This document shows, in pieces, positions 57,414-64,000 of a stretch of 64,000 bases of DNA. Position numbers and translations under genes: made by a program. The stretch spans positions 40,012 through 104,011 of the forward strand of contig JACTMY010000017.1 of NCBI GenBank assembly GCA_014584395.1. The letters are read 5' to 3'. The stretch comes from Planctomycetota bacterium. GTDB taxonomy: Bacteria > Planctomycetota > Planctomycetia > Gemmatales > HRBIN36. Each line of letters starts with the position of its first letter. Position 1 is the stretch's first letter. The notes beneath the pieces are model-generated. The model was not told the origin of the DNA. It was given only the letters and a program-made list of their open reading frames with translations, and made no database searches.

Positions 57414-57561
57414 GTCCTTGCTAGTTCATCAAAGACTTTATATACCCAACTGGACTATTATTGGATAAGACGACGCCCTTTTGCCATTGAAGCAGCTTAT
57501 GAAGTCATTTCATGCTGTTCAATAAAAAAGGCAAAAGGGCAATGATCACATTCTAGAAAAC

Positions 57562-57885
57562 CTAATCGCAGCTCCACCTCTGTACATAACAAGTGAAGCC
57601 ATTTATCGTTGAAGTTCCGACGCATGATGTCAGGCTGCCATTTTCGCACCATTCAAATTGCATGTCGCCACAGACAAAATAAGTTGTACCTGATTGAGTT
57701 ACATCACATCCCGTTATTGGCGTACCATCTCCAAGTACTCCAGGAACAACGCCAAGAGTACTACAATTCTTCTGCGTGATACATTTGAAATTTGCCAATC
57801 CCGTTCCAGGTTGCCCCGCGACTCGGCCCAGGCCGAAGACCACCAGCCCCATCCCCAACACCACCAGCAGCAGCACGCGACGCAT
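57562..57885 (-). CDS. small secreted 8-cysteine protein (hypothetical)
   Basis: Signal peptide MRRVLLLVVLGMGLVVFGLGRVAG. The mature part of about 83 aa has 8 Cys. The RBS AAGGAG lies 6 nt before the ATG. Confidence 0.7.
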   Translation of the reverse strand: MRRVLLLVVLGMGLVVFGLGRVAGQPGTGLANFKCITQKNCSTLGVVPGVLGDGTPITGCDVTQSGTTYFVCGDMQFEWCENGSLTSCVGTSTINGFTCYVQRWSCD

Positions 57886-57911
57886 GGGTTTCTCCTTTTC
57901 TCAAGAGGTTC

Positions 57912-57953
57912 ATTTTACCAGGCAGCACAAGGCTACTGTCAAAAAAAAAAAAA
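57912..57953 (-). promoter_or_regulatory. candidate strong sigma70-like promoter with T13 UP-like tract
   Basis: The minus strand reads T13-TTGACA(57942-57937)-19 nt-TGgTAAAAT (-10 at 57917-57912), about 25 nt upstream of the AAGGAG RBS of the Cys-rich gene. Confidence 0.5.
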
Positions 57954-58062
57954 TGCAAGTGAAAAAGGAAAAAAAAACGCTGGCCTAGGTGCTGGATTGA
58001 GAAATGAGCAGAAAAAGTCCAGGAAAGAGGGTTTCCCTTGGGTGAATTGCCCGCCGGCCCGG

Positions 58063-59178
58063 CTAGCTCACACCCCATTCGATGAGCGTGTCGCTGAGGT
58101 CGGCCGTCTCGTCGGCGACGACGCAGTCCCGTCCCATCGCCTTGGCGCGGTACAGGTTGTGATCCGCCCGGCGGACCAGGTCTTCCGTCTTCTTCATGTC
58201 TTCGGACAGGCTGGCCACGCCGAAGCTCGAAGTCAAGCACAGGACCGTCTCGCCGATGCAGATGGGATGATGGCGGATGCGCTCGCAGAGGCGGTTGCAG
58301 AAGGTGATCGCGCCATGGTTGTCCGTGTTGGTTAGGATCAACATGAACTCCTCGCCCCCCCAGCGGCCAATGAGGTCCGTGTCGCGGAGGGCGGAGCGGA
58401 TCAGTTGGGCCACCGTTTGCAAGGCGCGATCTCCAGCCAGGTGGCCGTAGGTGTCGTTGACCCGCTTGAAATAGTCCAGGTCCATGATCACGATGCTCAG
58501 CGGCATGTGATACCGTTGGGCGCGGTGCATCTCGTCCTCGAGCCGCTGCGTGATGAAGCGGCGATTGAAGAAGCCGGTCAGTTCATCGGTGTGGGACAAC
58601 TCCCAGAGCCGGGAGGTGAGTTGTTCCAACTCGAGGTTGCGCTGCCGGAGGGCCTCGAGAATGCGGCTATTCTCGCGCTCCAGGCTTTTCAGGTAAATGG
58701 CGGATTGCACGGCGCGGTCGATGCGGATGGGGTCGTAAAGGACTTGGTCCTTGACCAGATAGTCGGATGCCCCGGTTTTCATGGCCCGCACGGCGGCGGC
58801 TTCATCCCCTTGGCGGGTGATGATCAGAAAGGCCGCGTCGGGGCAGACGGCGGAAAGTTTGGGGATGATCGAAATGCCATCCTCGGTGGGCAGGCGGTAG
58901 TCAAGCAGGATGGCGTCGGGGCTGTAGCGCTGCGCCAGGTCCATGGCCGTCGCGGCGTCGGAACATTCGAAGATTTGATAACGGGTCAGTCCGGCCTTGA
59001 TGAGCGCCGTCCGCAGAAGGAAACGGTCCGCACTGCTTTCATCCACGATTAAAATGCGCACCTCGCCCATCAGCGGCGTCGCATTCGCGCTCGCTGCCGA
59101 TGGGCTCGCCGGCGGTGTTGCCTTCGCCGGGCCGGTCAGCTTGGGATCACTGGATTTACCGATGGGGGGTGCGGACAA
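58063..59178 (-). CDS. response regulator receiver + GGDEF diguanylate cyclase
   Basis: REC domain (ILIVDESS...ILLDYRLPTEDG), a coiled linker, and a GGDEF domain with RWGGEEFMLIL. Confidence 0.9.
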   Translation of the reverse strand: MSAPPIGKSSDPKLTGPAKATPPASPSAASANATPLMGEVRILIVDESSADRFLLRTALIKAGLTRYQIFECSDAATAMDLAQRYSPDAILLDYRLPTEDGISIIPKLSAVCPDAAFLIITRQGDEAAAVRAMKTGASDYLVKDQVLYDPIRIDRAVQSAIYLKSLERENSRILEALRQRNLELEQLTSRLWELSHTDELTGFFNRRFITQRLEDEMHRAQRYHMPLSIVIMDLDYFKRVNDTYGHLAGDRALQTVAQLIRSALRDTDLIGRWGGEEFMLILTNTDNHGAITFCNRLCERIRHHPICIGETVLCLTSSFGVASLSEDMKKTEDLVRRADHNLYRAKAMGRDCVVADETADLSDTLIEWGVS

Positions 59179-59321
59179 ATCAACACCTGGAGGTTAGTCG
59201 TCAAGCACTGATGAGAAACTCATGAACCACGATGATCGTCAAATGAAGGATCAAATGCAAGCAGTTTCCGCTTGGCATTGAATATTCATGTGTTGATGAA
59301 AACCATTGAAGCTCCTTTTCG

Positions 59322-60122
59322 TTAAGCAGCAGCTTTGGGCTGGACCCGGGAATGGATAAAGCGAATTTGGTTGCGAACGGCCAACTCTTGCTCGCTTGGA
59401 AGGGCGGAGGCGAGAATGAGCCACTTCTTCTGTCCAAATTCATGCAGCCAGGGGCCGAGCCGGTTCCAATCAAGCTGTCCCGAACCCAGTGGAACCAAGC
59501 CATAAGGCTCACGCCGCTGCCGCTCCTTAAGACGGATTTGGCCCAAGACGGGTTCCAGCAAGTGCAGTTCCGCCAGTGGGTCGCGCTTGACGGCGTGGGC
59601 GTTTCCTAAATCATAGCTTATGCAAAGCCGCGAAGAAGGCAGTTTCGCCAAGAATTGTCGGCAAACCTCGGCCGGCCAGAACGTTTCCAAAGCCAAGGGC
59701 ATGACATGCCGTTCGGCCTGTTCGATCACCGGTGTTAAGGCGTTCATCCAGAAGGCTTCGCTTTCGGTCGGTCTCAATTCGGGGGGATCGTAAATCGGCA
59801 AGTGCACAGTGGCGATGCCCGCTTCGACCGCCCGATCGATCAGGGGAGGAATTTCCTGTTTCATGTAAACCTTGACGTCTTCGAGTCGAGGAAATTGGCC
59901 AGGCCAGACCAAGGACTGGATCGAGAGCGAAGCCAAGGCGACGCCGGTGTGGGCCGACCATTCACGCCAACGCTCCGGCCCATCCTTTTGCATCAGAAGC
60001 CGATGGGGGCCGGTGAGGGGCGTAGTGCAGAGTTCCAGACCTGAGCCACCCCATTCAGCCGCCTTGGCGAGTCGCTGTGATTCGTCCCCGGGCAATAAAT
60101 AGTCCGGAATCGCTAATTTCAT
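59322..60122 (-). CDS. xylose isomerase-like TIM-barrel (sugar phosphate isomerase/epimerase family) protein
   Basis: MKLAIPDYLLPG... AAGGA lies 8 nt before ATG 60122. General family resemblance only. Confidence 0.7.
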   Translation of the reverse strand: MKLAIPDYLLPGDESQRLAKAAEWGGSGLELCTTPLTGPHRLLMQKDGPERWREWSAHTGVALASLSIQSLVWPGQFPRLEDVKVYMKQEIPPLIDRAVEAGIATVHLPIYDPPELRPTESEAFWMNALTPVIEQAERHVMPLALETFWPAEVCRQFLAKLPSSRLCISYDLGNAHAVKRDPLAELHLLEPVLGQIRLKERQRREPYGLVPLGSGQLDWNRLGPWLHEFGQKKWLILASALPSEQELAVRNQIRFIHSRVQPKAAA

Positions 60123-60263
60123 AGCGTCCATCCTTGGTTTAGAATGCAGCCCGCAAAGCTCTGTTTCATAAAGGGGATGCAGGCTTTTGTCAATTCTGGC
60201 TTGTGATCGGCGATCGTGGCTCATTGCAATGGGTCATTTACAAAGTCAAGGTAAAGGTGGCAC

Positions 60264-60821
60264 ATGAGGCAAATGGTCTACTCCGTGGCCATGAGTTTGG
60301 ACGGCTACATTGCGGGGCCCAGAGGTGAATTCGATTGGATCATCATGGACCCCGAAATCGATTTCGCGGCCCTGTTCAATCGCTTTGACGTGCTGCTGAT
60401 GGGAAGAAAAACCTATGAAGTGGTTCAGGGCATGGGAGGTGGTGGATCATCGAACGTGAAGACACTGGTCGTTTCCCGCACCATGAAGGCCAAGGATCAT
60501 CCCAACGTCGCGATCCTGCACCGCGATTTAGAGAAGAGCCTCCGCCATCTCAAGGAAAGCCCCGGGAAGGATATTTGGCTCTACGGCGGCGGTCAACTCT
60601 TTCGAAAAATGCTTGAGTTGAATCTGGTCGATCGGGTCGAAGTAGCCATTATCCCCGTGCTCCTGGGCCGGGGAATCCCCTTGCTTCCCGCTCCCAGCCT
60701 GCGGGTGAAGCTGCAACTGGCGCAGCATCGCATTTTGAGCAAAACGGGCATCGTGATGCTGGAATATAACGTGTTGGGGCAGAAGAAATCCGCGAGCCGA
60801 CGCAAGGGACGTCGTCGTTGA
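60264..60821 (+). CDS. dihydrofolate reductase-family (RibD C-terminal domain) protein
   Basis: VAMSLDGYIAGPRGEFDWI...DVLLMGRKTYE...IWLYGGGQLF. Confidence 0.8.
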   Translation: MRQMVYSVAMSLDGYIAGPRGEFDWIIMDPEIDFAALFNRFDVLLMGRKTYEVVQGMGGGGSSNVKTLVVSRTMKAKDHPNVAILHRDLEKSLRHLKESPGKDIWLYGGGQLFRKMLELNLVDRVEVAIIPVLLGRGIPLLPAPSLRVKLQLAQHRILSKTGIVMLEYNVLGQKKSASRRKGRRR

Positions 60822-61020
60822 AGCAGCTCGCGCCACGGCAGCCATTGGACCGCATGATCGATCGCTTCGAGCCCGCGTTGACTCAGCGGGCGCGGATGAT
60901 CATCTAGGCCATCGCCACGCACCAGCGACCCCGCTACCCCGCGGAGAAATCACAATAAAAAATGGGACAAGTAAAAGTGTGGGAAAATTGGGTCATTATG
61001 AGTCCTGTGACGGAAGTTCC

Positions 61021-61038
61021 AAAATTGCGCGCAATTTT
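61021..61038. promoter_or_regulatory. perfect 18-bp palindrome AAAATTGCGCGCAATTTT (candidate operator)
   Basis: Read directly, in the 500-nt leader of the vWA gene. A related palindrome GTTGCGCAAC is at 61088-61097. Confidence 0.35.
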
Positions 61039-61322
61039 TCTTGCCGAGCTGCATCCAAGTTGTTAGAGTTGACGAAGCAAATCCATGGTTGCGCAACTAT
61101 CACATCTTGTGCGCGCCCAGGACGATTCTAAACGCAAGAACTGTACCTGTTGTAGCGGTTCTGCATGTCGCATTGACCCGGAAGGGTTGGTATCCTTGGG
61201 AATCTGGTAAATGGGCAAGGTTCGACTAGACCTGTCCTAGATTTTGCGACTACAATTGCGTGGCCCGGTCGTATCGTCGTCCGGGTCTGGTCCGTCATGT
61301 CTTTTTTTACGGAGTATGGGAC

Positions 61323-64000
61323 ATGCTATCTGTCCGCCGTGTCTTGGCGCTGAGCGCCTTCTTGGCCCTCATCGTCATCTCCTCACCTCTTATGGGAGAT
61401 TCGGGATCCGCCACGGATTCCAAACGGTCGCCACTCAAGGGCGACGCGGTTCATCATGATGCCGGTCAACTGGTGGAAAAGGCCCTGGCGAAAGCGATTG
61501 TCAGCGATGCCTCGTTAACGTATCAGTCGGCCCAAGGCGACACACTGTTCGCCCTCAAGGTCAAGCCCGCCCTGACGGGACAAAACGACCTGCCCAAGGA
61601 TTACGTGATCCTGGTGGATTCCACCGCCAGCCAGGCCGGTGCGCCGTTCATCGTGCAGCGGCAAATGGCGGCCCAGTGGATCAAGCAACTGGGTCCCAAG
61701 GACCGCGTGGCTTTGTGGGAAGTGAACGTCAAGCCCCGCGCATTGACCTCCGGATGGGCTTCCGCCAACGATCCGCAACTCAGCAAGGCCCTGGCCAAGC
61801 TGGATCAGACGACGCCGATGGGCGCCGCCGATTTCAAGTCGGCTTTGTCCCAGGCCGTGTCGAGCTTTGAAGCAACCACGCAGCGGCAACAAGTCGTCAT
61901 TTACCTGGGCGACGGCCAAGGCACGCTCAATCCCTTTACGCCTCAAGAACGCCGCCAGGTCGTGCAGACCATGACCCAGCGCCGCATTCAATTTTTCGCT
62001 GTTCCACTCGGAGCGAAGGTGGACCTCTTGGACATCAGCGCCCTGGCAACGGGCACCGGCGGCGTCATTCTTCGCATAAATCTGACTGAAGCGGCCGACG
62101 TAGCCGTGACGCGCTGCCTGGCCACCGTGCGCCAGCCCGTGCTCTATGTCGACAAAGTCGCCGCCGACGCCAACGTGGCCGAAAGCTATCCGACGCAGTG
62201 GCCGCCGCTGCGCAGCGACGTGCCGACACTGGTCGCGGGCAAGCTGGCCAAGAGCGCGCCGCAACTCAGCTACCAGGTCGAAGGCCAGCTGCTGGGCCGA
62301 GCCGCCTCGATCACCGTCAGCTCTCCCGTGGCTGAGCCGATGATGGAATGTTTCTTCCTGGCCAACGTCGTCAAACAATGGCGCACAGCCGCCGATCAGC
62401 CCGCGCTGATGCAGGCCGACTATGCCCTGGCGTTTTCCTTCAACCAAACCTCCTCGGCCAAGGAAGAAATCATTCTACAAGGCCGGCAGGCGCTGGAATT
62501 CGAAAAGCTGGACGTGGCCAAGCAATTGTTCGAACAGATCGCGGACCTCGATCCGAACGACGCCGAGGCGCAAATGGGCCTGAAGCTCGTTGCTCACCTG
62601 GACAAGGAAAAGAGCAAGGGGCGCTTCAAGCAAACAGACGACAATCTCAAGAAGGAAGACGACCTGCTCCGCCGCACGCAGCAGCGCCAGGATTTGGAAA
62701 AGCAGCGGCTCAAGCTGCTCATGGATGACACGATTCGCCAATCTCGCAAGGAACTGGCCGCGAATCCCGACGAAGCTGTGCGCCGGCTCAAGCTCCTCAG
62801 TGAAGAAGTTCGCAACGACCCCAACCTGGGCGATGAGCTGCGCAATCAAATGCGCCGCGAACTCGAAAGCGAACTGCGCACGGCGCAGGATCGGGCCGAG
62901 AAATTCCTCGCCCAGCAGCAAGACCGTGAACAGCGCCTGGCCCAGGCCAAGGCGATTCTGGATGCGCAGAACGCCCGGGCCGATCAGCAGGCGCGTCTCC
63001 GCGCGGCCTTGCAGCAATTCGAGGGGTTGGTCCAGCAGGCCCGCCTCGAGGAAGCCATGCTGCAAGCGCAAACGGCTTTCCAACTCGCGCCGGAATCCAT
63101 CGTCACCAACGTGGCCGTGCAACAATCGGAACTGGGTTACAACCTCGACGCCAACCTGAAATTGCAACAGGACAAGCGCGTGGCTTACATGGAAACGATG
63201 TACGAACTGGAAGTGTCGCATCGCCCCATTCCGGATAATCCGCCGATGGCCTTCCCGCCGCCGGGCGATCCGTTCTTCAAGACCAAGACCTACACCACGT
63301 GGGGGCAACTCTCCGATAAACGCAAGAAGCGCTGGGGCAACACCCGCTTCAACGAACCCAACGCGGCGCAGTCCGAGGAAATTCAACGCAAGTTGAACCA
63401 GGCCACCGACAAATTCCGCAGCGGCCTGGATGCCATGCCGCTTGAAGAACAGCTGGCCTTCATCGGCAAAGTCTTCGGCGTGCAATTCATCATCGATGAA
63501 CGCTCCTTCAAGGCAGTCGACCCCAACGTCGAAATCGCCAAGAAAGAAGTCTCGCTCCGCCAGATGACCAATGTCAGCGTCAACACCGTTCTCAACAGCA
63601 TCCTGGCTCAACTCGAGCCGACGGCCACTTACGTCATTCGTGGCGACCATGTCGAAATCACCACGCTCGAACGCGTCCTCAAGGACCCAGGCAAACCGAT
63701 CGTGGCCTACCCCATTCTTGAGCTTATTTACATGGGCGGCGTCGCCAGCATGATGCAGGGCGGCATGGGTGGTGGCATGATGGGTATGATGGGCATGGGC
63801 GGCGGTATGATGGGCATGGGCGGCGGCATGATGGGCATGGGCGGCGGTATGATGGGCATGGGCGGCGGCGGCATGATGGGCATGATGGGTATGGGCGGCG
63901 GCATGATGGGTATGGGCGGCGGCATGATGGGTATGGGCGGCGGCATGATGGGCATGGGCGGCGGCATGATGGGCATGGGCGGCGGCATGATGGGTATGGG
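61323..64000 (+). CDS. large secreted vWA-domain protein with coiled-coil, STN/secretin-N-like module and Gly/Met heptad repeats, 3'-partial
   Basis: Not on the ORF track because it has no stop in the window. I translated it by hand from ATG 61323 (GGAG at 61311-61314) to nt 64000 with no stop (892 codons). Signal peptide MLSVRRVLALSAFLALIVISSP. vWA core: DYVILVDSTASQAG, VVIYLGDGQG, IQFFAVPLG...LATGTGGVILRI. STN-like module: LEEQLAFIGKVFGVQFIIDE...VSLRQMTNVSVNTVLNSILAQL..YVIRGDHVEITT. Confidence 0.85.
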   Translation, partial: MLSVRRVLALSAFLALIVISSPLMGDSGSATDSKRSPLKGDAVHHDAGQLVEKALAKAIVSDASLTYQSAQGDTLFALKVKPALTGQNDLPKDYVILVDSTASQAGAPFIVQRQMAAQWIKQLGPKDRVALWEVNVKPRALTSGWASANDPQLSKALAKLDQTTPMGAADFKSALSQAVSSFEATTQRQQVVIYLGDGQGTLNPFTPQERRQVVQTMTQRRIQFFAVPLGAKVDLLDISALATGTGGVILRINLTEAADVAVTRCLATVRQPVLYVDKVAADANVAESYPTQWPPLRSDVPTLVAGKLAKSAPQLSYQVEGQLLGRAASITVSSPVAEPMMECFFLANVVKQWRTAADQPALMQADYALAFSFNQTSSAKEEIILQGRQALEFEKLDVAKQLFEQIADLDPNDAEAQMGLKLVAHLDKEKSKGRFKQTDDNLKKEDDLLRRTQQRQDLEKQRLKLLMDDTIRQSRKELAANPDEAVRRLKLLSEEVRNDPNLGDELRNQMRRELESELRTAQDRAEKFLAQQQDREQRLAQAKAILDAQNARADQQARLRAALQQFEGLVQQARLEEAMLQAQTAFQLAPESIVTNVAVQQSELGYNLDANLKLQQDKRVAYMETMYELEVSHRPIPDNPPMAFPPPGDPFFKTKTYTTWGQLSDKRKKRWGNTRFNEPNAAQSEEIQRKLNQATDKFRSGLDAMPLEEQLAFIGKVFGVQFIIDERSFKAVDPNVEIAKKEVSLRQMTNVSVNTVLNSILAQLEPTATYVIRGDHVEITTLERVLKDPGKPIVAYPILELIYMGGVASMMQGGMGGGMMGMMGMGGGMMGMGGGMMGMGGGMMGMGGGGMMGMMGMGGGMMGMGGGMMGMGGGMMGMGGGMMGMGGGMMGM
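63757..64000 (+). repeat. near-perfect 21-bp tandem repeat (ggcggcggcatgatgggcatg), about 11 copies, running off the window
   Basis: Read directly. It encodes (GGGMMGM)n in the vWA gene frame, and the copies differ mostly at synonymous ggc/ggt positions. Confidence 0.95.

Noticed and set aside
56520-58020. The low-GC block as a classical mobile element or prophage remnant
   Set aside because: No integrase, transposase, tRNA target, terminal inverted repeats or flanking direct repeats could be found. It is kept as a compositional island only.
59201-59512. 103-aa minus-strand ORF
   Set aside because: It overlaps the 3' end of the TIM-barrel gene in another frame and extends into the intergenic spacer. 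It has no RBS or motif.
61041-61229. 62-aa ORF in the leader of the vWA gene
   Set aside because: It has a non-ATG start, no SD and atypical composition. The region is better explained as regulatory leader.
61515-63650. Minus-strand ORFs 61515-62447 (310 aa) and 62475-63650 (391 aa)
   Set aside because: The opposite strand carries one uninterrupted frame with a signal peptide, vWA motifs and host-like codon usage. The minus products are L/G/R/A/H/D/Q-rich without motifs.
63728-63988. 86-aa 'MPPPMPIMPPP...' ORF, a possible proline-rich repeat protein
   Set aside because: It is the reverse complement of the GGGMMGM coding repeat, and it has no start context of its own.
63757-64000. The tandem repeats here and at 26981-27042 as a possible CRISPR array
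   Set aside because: The repeats are directly abutting with no spacers, are 21 bp long and in frame within coding sequence. No cas genes are in the window.

Overview
GC-rich chromosomal segment that looks planctomycetal. The evidence is four DUF1559 / H-X9-DG 'pseudopilin-like' genes, a PEP-CTERM anchor, a YdjY-domain protein, a short second SecA and an ECF sigma factor; the taxon call is an inference. I can support about 60 protein-coding genes. Most are housekeeping: rpsO-pnp, mfd, sdhCAB, glcDEF, a tricorn-type protease, rluD-like, and P-type and ABC ATPases. I saw no rRNA, tRNA, CRISPR array, transposase or integrase.

The points most worth a second look:
1. A clear cobalamin riboswitch (2189-2369) sits in front of a DUF1559 prepilin-like protein and a PEP-CTERM, DUF4465-like surface protein, not in front of known B12 genes. 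This is a candidate B12-capture module.
2. An ECF sigma factor is paired with an anti-sigma factor whose extracytoplasmic domain is a DUF1559 domain.
3. A sharply bounded low-GC island (about 56.5-58.0 kb) encodes a small secreted 8-Cys protein and a membrane-anchored protein. Its compositional borders fall inside the ORFs, and it has a near-consensus promoter.
4. A coding frame of at least 892 codons (61323 to the window end) is absent from the supplied ORF track because it has no stop. It encodes a secreted vWA protein ending in a near-perfect 21-bp (GGGMMGM) tandem repeat.
5. A short SecA paralogue is followed by two tandem paralogous mini-membrane proteins and an orphan ECF-type ATPase.
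6. Both toxin-antitoxin loci carry single lesions: an in-frame TAG in vapC and a +1 frameshift in mazE.

The many long ORFs antisense to recognisable genes are treated as high-GC artefacts.
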